The notes: generated from the sequence alone by a model not told the origin. Positions 27,183 through 41,349 are shown, counted from the first letter of the stretch. The stretch: DNA of 64,000 nucleotides from Octopus vulgaris (GCA_951406725.2 OX597821.1:26040001-26104000), one strand, 5' to 3'. Numbers and translations are program-made.

Positions 27183-27852
27183 GGTGGTGGTGGTAATAGT
27201 AGTAGTAGTGGCAGCGGTGGTAGTGGTGGAGGTAGTAGCAGCAGTAAGTAGCAGAAGTAGTTGTTGTAGTAAACCTAAGATCATAGGCATTTCGGCCATG
27301 ACCGCATCGTCTTTTTCCCGTGTTCAAAGAATGTCAGTACTACATCGTCTAACATATCCTTTTGGTGAGATGCTTCGGATTAACTCGAGGGAGGTTTGGC
27401 TGGATTTGCGACGAAGTTCCGTCGTGGACGCTCGCGAATTTTTTCCCCACGAAAGTTCCGGACCCCAGTAATGAACTCATTTGAATACAACCAATCAGAG
27501 CTCACTTTGACCCTGTTGTCAAGTGGCAGAAACCGCATTGCTGCTGGCCGACCGTTGAAGGGTTATTTGAAAAGTGTGAACAAGAAAGGTGTCGTTCATC
27601 TCTCAGATTATGCCTAACAAGAACAGCAAACGTTATTAAAAGAGAAAAGAAAAATGGTCATTCCTTACCCAAATGACCTTATTTTATCGCCCATCAAATA
27701 GTTATGCGCTCATAAATTAGTTTGATAGCTGAGCTCCGGTAGACTGTATGCAAATAACTGGGGTCCGAAACTCACACGGGGAAAAAAAAAAAAAAATTCG
27801 CCGGCCGCTCGCCATCGTTCGTTCATAGCTGTGTGTTGCTGTGTGGTATTGT

Positions 27853-28080
27853 AGAGCTGGCAGAAACGTTAGCACGCCGGGCGAAATGCGTAGCCGTATT
27901 TCGTCTGCCGTTACGTTCTGAGTTCAAATTCCGCCGAGGTCGACTTTGCCTTTCATCCTTTCGGGGTCGATAAATTAAGTACCAGTTACGCACTGGGGTC
28001 GATGTAATCGACTTAATCCGTTTGTCTGTACTTGTTTGTCCTCTCTGTGTTTAGCCCCTTGTGGGTAGTAAAGAAATAGG
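27853..28080 (+). mobile_element. SINE family B
   Basis: Near-consensus copy from GAGCTGGCAGAAACGTTAGC to GTAAAGAAATAGG. Confidence 0.93.
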
Positions 28081-28314
28081 CATTGTAATGCGTGAAGTAG
28101 TGTAGTAGTGTTGGTAATGTAGTGTGGTGGTGGTGGAGATGGTGCTGCTACTGGTGCTACTGCAGTGATGTAGAGGTGTGATAAAACTGACGTTAGGGTA
28201 ATAGTGAAGTTCATGCTGATGTGGTTGTGGTGATGTTATGATGGTGTTAGTGTAGTGGTGGTAGTTTTGGGGGTAGTGATGATGTTCTAATAGCAGTGGT
28301 GGGGTTGGATTAGT

Positions 28315-29097
28315 GTAATCACGGGCAAACTGCGGCCTGTGTGACTTTCTGAATTGCACACCTAACAAAAACATTTTTAGTAGTGCAACCCATCCGATGA
28401 TGTGCCAGCAGATGACGATCCATGTCTCATGCGACCCAACAGATGACGATCCATGTCTCATGTGGCCCAACAGATGACGATCCATGTCTCATGCGACCCA
28501 ACAGATGACGATCCATGTGTCATGCGACCCAACAGATGACGATCCATGTCTCATGCGACCCAACAGAGGACGATCCATGTCTCATGTGGCCCAGTAGATG
28601 ACGATCCATGTCTCATGCGACCCAACAGAGGACGATCCATGTGTCATGTGGCCCAGTAGATGACGAGTCATGTCAGATGCGACCCAACAGAGGACGATCC
28701 ATGTCTCATGTGGCCCAGTAGATGACGATCCATGTCTCATGCGACCCAACAGAGGACGATCCATGTGTCATGCGACCCAACAGATGACGATCCATGTCTC
28801 ATGCGACCCAACAGATGACGATCCATGTCTCATGTGGCCCAGTAGATTACGATCCATGTCACATGCGGCCCACCAGATGATGAACCATGGCACTTGCCAG
28901 GCCTGTAGCCAGACTCTGGGGCCTGAGGGCGCACCAGACCATTCTGGGTCGGCACTAATGGGTAACAATGTAGTTTCGAAATAAGTTCATCACTGTAAAT
29001 CAGAGGGTGCACCATTGAATAATGAGGGTGCAGTACTGTCCTCCTAAGTGATAGGCATGTCTCATGCGGCTCACTAGAGGATTAGTTGCCCATACTG
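28315..29097. mobile_element. hAT (Charlie-like) non-autonomous element enclosing the 31-bp array
   Basis: Degenerate termini ...CACGGGCAAACTGCGGCC / ...TTAGTTGCCCATACTG; GCGGCCC-type subterminal motif. Confidence 0.55.
28411..28875. repeat. Minisatellite, 15 x 31 bp (GATGACGATCCATGTCTCATGCGACCCAACA)
   Basis: Exact 31-bp periodicity, no spacers, two interspersed variants (GCGACCCAAC and GTGGCCCAGT). Confidence 0.97.
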
Positions 29098-29133
29098 GTG
29101 TAACGGATGTCATAGTGTAGTAGTGATCGCATA

Positions 29134-29245
29134 CGAAGGGGTGCTGAAAAGTTCCTGGCTTTGGGTAAAAGAAAATACAGGTGGATCAGTTAATTATGAT
29201 TTTATTCAATATATTCCCCTCTCAGATTCACACACTTATTGCAGT
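29134..29245. mobile_element. mariner-type MITE fragment
   Basis: TA-CGAAGGGGTGCTGAAAAGTTCC terminus; homologous to 37182-37396. Confidence 0.75.
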
Positions 29246-29633
29246 ATCGAGGGAGTTCAGCTACCTCTACGCTTACCGTAACTGAGCTTATAGTTTGAGT
29301 GCTCGAAAACCGAACAATAAACAAAGACTCCAGGTAAAATTAGTTTGTTGTTTCTTAACGTCTGCTTCCATGGTTGTGAGATTGCAAAAACGTTACCGTG
29401 TACACATGTCCGTAAGTATGCATTTGCAAAGCTATATTGTGTATACGCGCGCGAGAGAGAGAGAGCGAGAATGTGTGAATGGTATGTGTGTGCGGGGGGG
29501 GGGTGTATGTGTGTGAGAGAGATGAACAGTTCAGTCAATAACCTTACTTTCGAGAATTCTGAACCAAATTCAACTGTTTACTGAATTTTCATCGTTGCTG
29601 TTACTTTCTTTCCATCTCCTACATACGCACAAT

Positions 29634-29664
<31 letters not shown>

Positions 29665-29673
29665 TGCACACAC

Positions 29674-29735
<62 letters not shown>

Positions 29736-30308
29736 ACACAAACACACACACACATACACACACACATACACACACATGCATGCGTGTGCACACGCACAGA
29801 CGCTAACGCACACATATACTTACATGAACATACCTGTTAATATAAAAAATTATGTTTGTATATATATATATATATAGATAGATAGATAGATAGATACGTA
29901 TACACACACACATTCATACATATACATAGTCACACACACACATACTAGCGTGTGCATAATAATGGATTCTCCCGTCAATTTCGACGTATGAGGAGTCCAA
30001 CAGCTGTTATAGTCTGCCCACACAGATGATTTGTTTTCAGTGGTGAAGGCTCGTGTAGAACCAGCCGCTGTTTTTTGGAGAAACTTGGAAATGTTTACCA
30101 CTAGCTCTTTAAATATCATACCACAGGAATTTCTGTTAGAGTTCTCCATCGTGGGTTAGTTGTTTTCACCACGGTTTAGAATCCAAGCCATTCCTGGTTG
30201 GTTAAATGCGCGTCTGGATACCGAGCCAGAAATTTCTAAGTCCTTGAGCAGTGTCTCCATACATACATGCATACATATATACATACATAGACAAACGTAG
30301 ATAGACAA

Positions 30309-30340
<32 letters not shown>

Positions 30341-30440
30341 AAGTATGTATGTATGTATATGTATGTATGTATGTGTATGTATGTATGTATATATATATAT
30401 ATATATACACACATATATATATACATACATATATATATAT

Positions 30441-30611
<171 letters not shown>

Positions 30612-30856
30612 AAAAGAAAGAAAAGTAGGCAGGCAGGCAGACAGACAAAGCTCTCCACAGCTGTCACTCTGAATCGAATTTAATACCAACACCTGGTACC
30701 ATGTGTAGCTTTGGCGAAATCCACTCTGTTGCGGACAATCAGGCTAGATCTCCGTTTGAGTGCATGCCTATCTCACCTACCACAGATGTTCTGTAAGTGT
30801 TCACGGGCTCCAACTTTCCTCCTGACTAAAAGATAAAAGAAAAACCAGTAGTGTAT

Positions 30857-31273
30857 AGGCGCAGGAGTGGCTGTGTGGTAAGTAGCTTGCTTACCAACCA
30901 CACGGTTCCGGGTTCAGTCCCACTGCGTGGCATCTTGGGCAAGTGTCTTCTACTATAGCCTCGGGCCGGCCAATGCCTTGTGAGTGGATTTGGTAGACGG
31001 AAACCGAAAGAAGCCTGTCGTATATATGTATATATATATATGTATGTGTGTATATGTTTGTGTATCTGTGTTTGTCCCCCCACCATCGCTTGACAACCGA
31101 TGCTGGTGTGTTTACGTCCCCGTCACTTAGCGGTTCGGCAAAAAGAGACCGACAGAATAAGTACTGGGCTTACAAAGAATAAGTCCCGGGGTCGATTTGC
31201 TCGACTAAAGGTGGTGCTCCAGCATGGCCGCAGTCAAATGACTGAAACAAGTAAAAGAGTAAAGAGTAAAGAG
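30857..31273 (+). mobile_element. SINE family A
   Basis: Full-length copy. Confidence 0.95.
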
Positions 31274-31768
31274 TGTAAACTGTGATCTCGATCTGTTATA
31301 TGATGGGCTAAGGAAGCCCTCTTGTTTCTAAGTTAGTGTGAGATATGCATAAAACGAACGAGGACACTTGATCGACAGCTCAACTGATACAGGATTTTAC
31401 TTGAATTTAGCTTGAGATTAGTGTTAGCCGGAAGATACAGGGAGAGAAAGATTAATGTAAAGTAAGAGCAAATCATTAGTACATTATGTTCGACCATGCC
31501 AATTATAATTCAGGGACTCTGTACCCATGTAAGAAAATAAACGCGATACAGTGACTTAAATAATATGTTTGTCGTTTTCTGTAGTTCATTTAGCGCTGTT
31601 TCTGCTCGCAATTTGCCTTCTGGATTAATTAAATGGTTTATTGTTTATGTATCGAAAAACAGTTGATCGGATTGCAATTGAGCAAAAGTAGTTGCTTGAA
31701 TCAACAACTGATCGAATTATAGTAAATATTCCAAATACAGAAATTAGGTTAATGGAAAAATACATATA

Positions 31769-32789
31769 CGAGGGTGGGCTGAAAAGTTCATAGACTGACT
31801 ACGACGCAATGGTCGAACTCAATCATATGCGTTTTATTTTTCGGCAGAGTCTCCCCTGCGGTCCATACACTTCTTCCATCGGTGTTGCAGCGCTTCGGTT
31901 CTCGTGGTATAGAAGCTCTCGTAGTATAGAAGGAGGCGAGCTGGCAGAAACGTTAGCACACCAGGCAAAATGCTTAGCGGTATTTCGTCTGCCGCTACGT
32001 TCCAATTCCGCCGAGGTCGACTTTGCCTTTCATCCTTTCAGGGTCGATAAATTAAGTACCAGTTACGCACTGGGGTCGATGTAATCGACTTAATCCGTTT
32101 GTCTGTCCTTGTTTGTCCCCTCTGTGTTTAGCCCCTTGTGGGTAGTAAAGAAATAAGAAGCTCTTATCCTGACCCTCGAAAAAGACCTCAACAGCCGATA
32201 TAACCTCATCATCGGTCCGTTACTGTTTCCCAGCCAAGTTTTGTTTTTTCATGTTACGGAACAGAAAATAGTCAGATGGTGACAAATCACAGTAGCCATT
32301 ACAGACACAGACTTGTGTGCAGGAGTATTGTCCTGATGAAGAAGGACCCTATTAGCTATCTGATTAACATTTAAACGTCTGTCATCTATCACGTCGATGT
32401 TTTCTTGGGTGGTGGCTGTGGCAGGACGTCCGGACCTTGGGTCATCTTCAAGACTCTTCCTACCCCTCTTGAATCCAACAACCCACAATTGCTAAAGTTA
32501 GAGCATCATCCCCTAATGTAGAAACCATGTCAGCATGAATGTCTTTGGGGGCTAACCCCATATTTTGCAAATATTTGATAACACTACGGTGCCAAATTTT
32601 GTCCGTTTTCAAGAAATGTCTCTTGTATCACTTTTCCAAGTCCTCAATTCTGTATCCTATGTGGGCTTATCTGGAAAGAAAAAAAATGCAGTTAGTATTA
32701 GTTAAGATTGAATTTAATGCATGCCAAGTTTAATTAATGTATGATAACTCCTTCTTAGTCAGCCCATGAACTTTTACAGCCCACTCTCG
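31769..32789 (-). mobile_element. Internally deleted mariner element
   Basis: TIRs CGAGGGTGGGCTGAAAAGTTCA / TGAACTTTTACAGCCCACTCTCG, TA at left; HRSVIKYL..., FKRGRKSLEDDPRSGRP, LLHQDNTPAH motifs. Confidence 0.9.
31930..32155 (+). mobile_element. SINE family B nested in mariner
   Basis: Near-consensus copy; AGAAG repeated at the flanks. Confidence 0.92.
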
Positions 32790-32831
32790 CATTTTCATGC
32801 TTAATTAAAATATAAAAAATATATATATTAT

Positions 32832-32996
32832 AGGTGCAGGCGTGGCTGTGTGGTAAGAAGCTTGCTTTTCAATCACATGACTCCGAGATCAGTCCCACTG
32901 CGTGACATCTTGGGCAAGTGTTTTCTACTATAGCCTGGGCCGACCAAAGCCTTGTGAGTAGATTTGGTAGACGGAGACTGAAAGAAGCCCGTCGTA

Positions 32997-33045
<49 letters not shown>

Positions 33046-33247
33046 GTGTGTGTGTCTTTGTGTCTCTGTTTGTTCCCACCACCATTACCTGACAAGCGAT
33101 GTTGGTATGTTTACGTCCCCGTAACCTAGCGGTTCGGCCAAAGAGACCGATAGAATAAGTACTAAGCTTTCAAAGAATAAGTCCTCGGGTTGATTGCTTC
33201 GACTAAAAAACTCCCTTTAATGACTGAAACAAGTAAAAGAATAAAAG
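32832..33247 (+). mobile_element. SINE family A
   Basis: Head and body match; small 3' deletion. Confidence 0.92.
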
Positions 33248-33970
33248 TATACTATGTATGTGTTCGTATGTGCTTGCGTGTGTATCATATTTATGTATGG
33301 AAAGAAGTGTAATTTATCTTAATATCTCTTGAAGACCTTGATCAAAGCTGGTTCAAAATCCGTGATAACTGAATCAATATTTGAGAGTGCTGCTCGTGTT
33401 TTTCACACGCACGCACGCACGCACGCACGCACACACGACTATAAACTGCATTGGTTTTCATGTTCTAATTCTTAAAAATATTTAAATATATCGTGACAAT
33501 ATAACATTTACAAAAAAAAAAAAACAAGAAGAAATTGTTATAATTTTGATTATTAAACACTTCGAGAAACTGTTAGTTCGATCAACTACTTTTCGGTCAA
33601 CTGTTTTCGGTAGACTGTTCTCTCGATCAACTGTCCTCGTTCGGTTTATGCATACCCGACGCTAACTTAGAGATATGAGTATATGTCACGTGCTCCCAAA
33701 GCCCATACAATTAAAGGTGGAGGTCACAGTTTACAGTCCCGTTTCCTGGTAGTTTTAAACACTGGTCACATGACTTTCATTATTCTACCCAGCCACCCTA
33801 CATGCCGTATCATAACAACAGTCTTCAATCATAAACTATAAGACTTTTAAATCATATTTATAATGCAATTATTATATTTAAACAAAGACTGAGTCACACA
33901 TAGTGTACCGAGTGGTGTATACGCACACAATCACATACACACACACACACACACGCACACACACACACAC

Positions 33971-34015
<45 letters not shown>

Positions 34016-34112
34016 GAAACATATACAGCTGTATATGTATGTGAGAAGAGAATGTAGTGGTGTATGTGCATGTCGCGTGTGTGTAAGCATGTGTTATTAC
34101 GTGTGTGTCATG

Positions 34113-34160
<48 letters not shown>

Positions 34161-34739
34161 TCTTCGTGTGTACGTACGTACGTGTGCGTGCGTGCGTGCG
34201 TGTGTGTTGAGCGTTAGCATTCCTTTTGACAGAACAAAACAATCTATAAATATTGGTGATATAAAGATAGATATGAGAGATAAATAGTGTGTGTGTTTGT
34301 GTATGTGTGTGAGTGTGTACGCGCGCGTGTGTGAGAGAGAGCGAGAGAGAGAGAGAGAGAGAGATCTTAGCTGTCGCGCACTTCGTTATGGACATGACTA
34401 TAGGCTATAGTAGTATTCAGGGACAGACTGCAAGAGGCCATAGCCTTCAGTTAAACAACTGAAGATATGTTTGCGACTATCGATTAGATTCAATATATTT
34501 TCTGTGAAATATATAGCTTCCATATATTGAGAAAGCGGTGAGGAGAGGGTTACTTGTGTAGCATTGCTGTTTAAAAACAGACGCGGTAGTTTCTTCAGAA
34601 CTTCAATTCCACTATTTCCATAACCGATTTGACTGAAAAAAATAAATGAATAAGACAAAAAAATCCTCGATGATGGGAAGGAATGCTTGTTTTGGGGGAT
34701 CTTTTGTTTTTTTTAATATGTAGAAGCGTGAATGGCTCA

Positions 34740-35020
34740 AGCGTGGCAGTAGTTAAAGAAACTTGCTTCTCAACCATGTGGTCTTGGGTTCAGTTCCACT
34801 GTTTGTGTGTCTGTGTTTGCCACCCCACCCCCCACCCCGCAACATCGCTTGACAACCGATGCTGGAGTGTTTACGCCTCCGTAACTTAGCGGTTCGGCAA
34901 AAGGAGACCGATATAATAAGTACTATAGGCTTACAAAGAATAAGTCCTGGGGTCGATTTGCTCGACTAAAGGCGGTGCTCCAGCATGGCCACAGTCAAAT
35001 GACTGAAACAAGTAAAAGAG
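34740..35020 (+). mobile_element. SINE family A, internally deleted
   Basis: Head joined directly to the 3' half. Confidence 0.85.
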
Positions 35021-36727
35021 TATATAGATGTATATAGCCAATTTATCGCACAAAGTTTTACCAACGAAATCATATGTGGACCTTGGTTGAAAACCACTGG
35101 GTTAAAACGTCTACGACGTGCCACAGTAACGTATGACTGTAACGTATGACAATAAAAATTCATAAAGTACAAATATATTGAAATGCAGTCACTGAAGTAG
35201 GGGAAACTAGTGGTGGCGTGTGTCACCATGAGTCAATAACAACAGCAAGAACTGTATGTATTCTACATTTTCATAGAAGGAAGAAATTCCTGCTTAGACT
35301 AAACATTGCTATTGCAGACATTTTATTGAGTTTAGATTTTCTTTGTTGACGAAGTTCGTAATTTTAAGAGGTTGAATTGGTGTGAAAGATCAAAAGCTGA
35401 GATAATGCTGAGATAGTCTTCTGCTTAATTAGAGAGATTTGCGAGTTCAACTCGTTCACTATTTTAATGTTTGCAGCTAGAATTAGCGCCGACATACACC
35501 ATAAGAGATATCGGAGTCATTTAAGATATTATTTCTACTGGATCTATCAATGGTTTTAAGTACCTCGGACCTGAAAGTCTCATTATTCAATCCACACCAC
35601 GTCAAGACAACTTCAATTTTATGTGACTCAAATGCGTTAATGAGATACAATTAATTAAGCACTAATGTATTCAATAGGTATGAAACTTTGCGAAAGTAGA
35701 GTTAAGTGTCTGAGATGGGCACAATGCAAGCACACGTCTCGTTCCACCGTTTTATGGGTTACGATTAAGAATATTTAAGCAGAAAATCCTGATTCAAAAT
35801 GAAAGGTAAATGAGATTGTGGTGTCCTTGCTTCTCTCAAAAACACAAACGTAAATTGTAGATATAACTGTGCAGTGAAAAGTACTCTCCGTAACTATGAG
35901 GTTTCGGGTTTCATTCCACAGCTCGGTACCCTTTTGCAAGTGTCTCTACCATTGCCTTAGTTTGACTAATTCCTTGTCAGTGGAATTTGGAAGGCGGAAA
36001 CAGTGTGGAGGAAGGACCTCTCTCGTTGTTGAGTGGTAGATTTAATATGCCGCCTGATTTAACGACATTGTCTGGCTCCTGAGTGCCATCACCAGAGTCC
36101 ATGCTATTGTAAGAATTCGGACACGGTCTCTAGTCCGAAGATAAATTACACCTGCCCTCCAACAATCTCGGAGTTCCAGCAAAGTGTTACGGGCATTTCA
36201 CTTCGGACATTACCTCATTACCAACCCAACTGCCATAACCCAAACTAATGACTTATAGGGACGCAGTTTTTCATAATGCAACCATAATATACTATAAAGT
36301 AAATTAAACGTTTTTTTTTTAATAAGTCAATACGGATCCGATATTAGAAGTCAATACCGTGTTCTACTGTGTTAGCAGTGCACTTTTGTTACGACGTTTC
36401 ATATCCGAGACGTCGTAACAAAAATCAGACATGGCTATAATTTCTATTGAATATCTGTAGAAATAACCTTAGCAAGTAATCCAAACTAAATAATCGACCC
36501 ACCTGATTTAAATGTTTAATATTATAGCCAATGCTTAGATAGTGAAGAGTAGCAGAGACGGTACAGCACTCAAATGAATAAATGCTTTATCGTATAATCT
36601 CCTGTCTCATTATCTTCTGGGTTCGAATCATGTTAGAATTTAGGTCTAGCTTTCATCTGTCTTTAGTCAGAAACTTAATTATCAACCATGTACTGAAGCA
36701 GATTCGGTTCAGCAAACACACATACAC

Positions 36728-36986
36728 AAGCCTGTCGTATATATGTATATATATATATGTGTGTGTATACGTTTGTGTGTCTGTGTTTGTCCCCCTAGCA
36801 TTGCTTGACAACCGATGCTGGTGTGTTTACGTTCCCGTCACTTAGCGGTTCGGCAAAAGAGACCGATGGAATAAGTACTGGGCTTACAAAGAATAAGTCC
36901 CGGGGTCGATTTGCTCGACTAAAGGCGGTGCTCCAGCATGGCCGCAGTCAAATGACTGAAACAAGTAAAAGAGTAAAGAGTAAGAG
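36728..36986 (+). mobile_element. SINE family A, 3' part
   Basis: Match from AAGCCTGTCG to GTAAAAGAG tail. Confidence 0.9.
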
Positions 36987-37181
36987 TATACCGCTCCCTA
37001 CACGTGAGTGGTACATTTCTGATAATATGAGGATTTATTATTTCACGCAATTGTTATTGTTCTTCTGGTTGTATTGTGCATTTCTGTATCACATTAGTAT
37101 AGGACGTAGATACATAACTGTCCTTGTATCTCACACATAGAGCTTTTCCAGTGTCACACACGTAGCCATCTTCGTGTCACA

Positions 37182-37396
37182 CGAGGGAATGTTGAAAAGC
37201 TCCAGGCTTTGGGGAAAAGAAAATACAGGAGAATCAGTTGATTATGATTTTATTCAACATATTTCCCTTTCAGATTCACACTTATTGCAGCGGTCCTTCA
37301 GTTTTTCTAAGCCCTGTGAAAGAACTCGGAAGGCTGGACATCCACCAAGGCCTTTCGCGATACCCTTAAAGCTAGGAACTTTTCACCACTTCCTCG
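37182..37396. mobile_element. mariner-type MITE (~215 bp)
   Basis: TIRs CGAGGGAATGTTGAAAAGCTCCAGGCTTT / AAAGCTAGGAACTTTTCACCACTTCCTCG, resembling those of the mariner at 31769. Confidence 0.8.
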
Positions 37397-37447
37397 TGTT
37401 TAACAGCTCGCACGCTCATGCACACATAGATTTCTCTCTATGTAGTA

Positions 37448-37612
37448 TGCAGGAGTGACTGTGTGGTAAGTAGCTTGCTTACCAACCACATGGTTGCCGG
37501 TTCATTCCTACTACGTGGCACTTAGGGCAAGTGTCTTCTACTATAGCCTCGGGCCAACCAAAGCCTTGTGAGTGGATTTGGTAGACGGAAACTGAAAGAA
37601 GCCCGTCGTATG

Positions 37613-37651
<39 letters not shown>

Positions 37652-37849
37652 TTGTACCCGCCAACATCACTTGACAACCGATACTGGTGTGTTTACGTCC
37701 CCGTAACTTAGCGGTTTGGCCAAGGAGACCGATAGAACAAGTACTAGGCTTACAAAGAATAAGTCCCGGGGTCGATTTGCTCGACTAAAGGCGGTGCTCC
37801 AGCATGGCCGCAGTCAAATGACTGAAACAAGTAAAGGAGTAAAAGAGTA
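37448..37849 (+). mobile_element. SINE family A
   Basis: Full-length copy. Confidence 0.93.
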
Positions 37850-38367
37850 CATGAGTGTCTTAGTGACACATGTAACTATCCCAGTGTCACATAGAGAACA
37901 CTCTGTACCTCTGTCTGTCTGCTTCTGCCACGCATGCATAGATGCATCTTTATCCATATATGAGACAGTATGATAAGGCTTGGCCATTTAATGACGAGCT
38001 CAATCCATTACTACGGACTCCATAAAGTTTCCATCTACGCCAAATCGCTCACAGGTTTGGATTGACGCGTGCTTATAGCAAAAGACCTAAGGTGCTATAC
38101 GCAGTATAATTGAACGCGGGATTCTGAGATTGCGGAGCGACCTTCTTAACTGTTCGTCCACGTCGTACATTTAATTTTGTCCGCATTGTACCATTATAGC
38201 TGGCATAACATTGCTTTGCTCAGTCGCCTCGGAAGCAGAGGTAAGTGAATCCAGTAAATCGTTAAAACTTTTAAAAAAGGAAAGCAAATGAAACCGTTTG
38301 GTTCCGAGGTGTCAAAAATGTTACACGATCTAACCACGGGACCTAATTAAAAAAATTTTTTTTTTAT

Positions 38368-38658
38368 GCGCCCTTTTCAAGCCTAGCTAGGCTCATGGGC
38401 CCAGTTTCCCGGTTTCTGTGACGTAATGTGTTCCCCCCATCTGGGCGGGACGCCAGTCCATCGCAGCGTTACTCAAGAAACAGGAAGAGAGAGCGAGAAA
38501 GTTGGGGCGAAAGAGTACAACAGGGGTTGCCACCACCCCCTGCCGGAGCCTCGTGGAGCTTTAGGTGTTTTCGCTCAATAAACACACACAATGCCCTGTT
38601 TGGGAATCGAAACCGCGTTCCTCCGACTGCGAGTCCGCTGCCCTAACCGCTGGACCAT
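38368..38658 (-). mobile_element. SINE family C (tail related to type 2)
   Basis: Head and core match; tail ...AAACCGGGAAACTGGGCCCATGAGCC...poly(A). Confidence 0.88.
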
Positions 38659-38989
38659 TTTTTGATAGTGAAGCAAAATATATATTTAGGTTTAGGGATG
38701 TTTAGTTAATCATAATCTACACTGTACTGGTCCTCTTACAACTAGAGTACGCGCGCACACACACATAAATGTATGATTGTGTTGTTAAAAGTTCGCTTCT
38801 CAACCATATATATTATTGCTAAGGAAATAACAATAATGAAAAGTAGAACGAACAAAGCTAATACAGGCTGAATTGATATTATCGGGGAATGAACAGCACG
38901 TAAAATTATTTAGAACACAGAGTTTTATAAAGAAAACGAACAAACTGTTGCTTCATCATCGAATCTCCAAACATCAAAAGCATTGCAAA

Positions 38990-39420
38990 GATTAAAATGA
39001 AACGTCTTTTGTTAAGTTGGATCAAAGATTGCTATCAAAAGTCCATTCCTTTAAGTCAAATGACTATCAAAAACGAAGGCTGCCATTCCAGTCCAAAGAA
39101 AACGAAAATGAAAGACGAATCATCGACGAAACATTTCTGGATGTTCTAGATGGTTCGACAGGTTTAGCCGACGATTTGAAATCCATAATATTAAATTGTA
39201 GCTAGAGGGAAAGTGCAGTGCAGACGATAATACATCAGTCAGATATCTTGCTGAATTGAGAAGACATATTGAAGACGGTGGTTATTTTGAACAATTTATA
39301 AATGTTCTTGAAACGGTATTGTTTGGGAAACGAATGTTTAATGAAAGTTACTTGGCTTAAGGAAGAAAACTTTGCAACCCAGGTTACAAGTGTTTAAGGA
39401 ATTGTTTGGCTCTCATGGTA
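38990..39420 (+). pseudogene. pogo/Tigger-like transposase remnant (CENP-B HTH plus start of DDE_1)
   Basis: Across frameshifts: WIKDCYQKSIPLSQMTIK, RWFDRFSRRFEIHNIKL, AELRRHIEDGGYFEQFINVLETVLFGKRM (cf. QVFNxDETGLFWKRMP). Confidence 0.85.
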
Positions 39421-39521
39421 ATGACATTTTAACTTTAAAGCAGCAACATATGTGACGAGGATGATATACAAATATGGCCGACAAATGAAAGAATTATAAT
39501 AGTAGCAGAGGGGGTTGCAAT

Positions 39522-39563
<42 letters not shown>

Positions 39564-39565
39564 AA

Positions 39566-39629
<64 letters not shown>

Positions 39630-39630
39630 C

Positions 39631-39675
<45 letters not shown>

Positions 39676-39844
39676 GCTGTTGCTGCTATAACTAGGTGTA
39701 GTAGAAGTGTTTCAAACCAAGCCACACGCACGCGCGCGCACACATACCTGTATGTGTGTATGCATTTACACACATTCTCATGCATAAGTACATATATATG
39801 TGCGCGCGCGTGCGTTTTCCCCTTTTTCTTTTGCTTCTGTTGAT

Positions 39845-40445
<601 letters not shown>

Positions 40446-40455
40446 TGTGTTTGTA

Positions 40456-40553
<98 letters not shown>

Positions 40554-40583
40554 CATACATACATACATACATACATACATACA

Positions 40584-40618
<35 letters not shown>

Positions 40619-40822
40619 GTGTGCACATACACACTGATGCACACACATGCGCACAAACAAACGAAAAGAACGCAGCTCCAATGATGGACAGTCAACAACT
40701 ATTGAAGATGTTGCAAGAAGTAAAGAAAAGTTTAGAAAAACTAAATAAATAACCGAGTGTAACTTAAACCGGTGAGTGTGTTAATAAATATGGCATTATA
40801 ACAAAATGACTCTCCCTAGAGG

Positions 40823-40865
<43 letters not shown>

Positions 40866-40867
<2 letters not shown>

Positions 40868-41292
40868 ATCTTTTCGGTTTGAACGGCAGTTTTTTAAAAT
40901 AATTTCCACGTAACTAAACACTTTTAAACTTCTTATACTGGTAGAATGTGTTGATAAAACATTTTTTCTCTTGGTTTTATTGAGAAAATTCTATAGTTTG
41001 TAAGATATTTGTTGTTTTTTTTCTTCAATTTCAACCAATCAATGACATCTATTGAGGTGAAAACATTCTGTGCCGTATGAATATGTCCCTCGTTTAAGAA
41101 ACAGACTGGGTTTATTTACATTTCTGAAGAGAAAAAGATACCCTTCCCCCACCCCTAACCCTAACCTTTAACTAACCCTAACCATAACCCTAAAACAGAT
41201 TGAAATGCAATAGATCGATACTAGGGTCATAATTATGGGTGACAACTTCATATGACACCGCTAGAAAAAACTGCCGTTCAAACCGAAAAGAT

Positions 41293-41294
<2 letters not shown>
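40866..41294 (-). mobile_element. Family D TIR element with (CCCTAA)n, inserted in (TA)n
   Basis: Both TIRs intact (GGATCTTTTCGGTTTGAACGGCAGTTTTTT). Confidence 0.93.

Positions 41295-41349
<55 letters not shown>

Larger units (their letters stand above)
31274..33735. mobile_element. Old DNA element with long (>=100 bp) imperfect TIRs and AGTTGATCG subterminal repeats; hosts nested insertions
   Basis: TGTAAACTGTGA...CTAAGTTAGTGT...TATGCATAAAACGAACGAGGACACTTGATCGA is inverted at 33623-33735. Confidence 0.75.

Noticed and set aside
28411-28875. CRISPR-like regular array
   Set aside because: Units are contiguous with no unique spacers, no cas genes, eukaryotic context
29970-30260. Possible coding exon between microsatellites (also 26060-26260, 57259-57420)
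   Set aside because: In-frame stops, no recognisable homology, no paired splice sites
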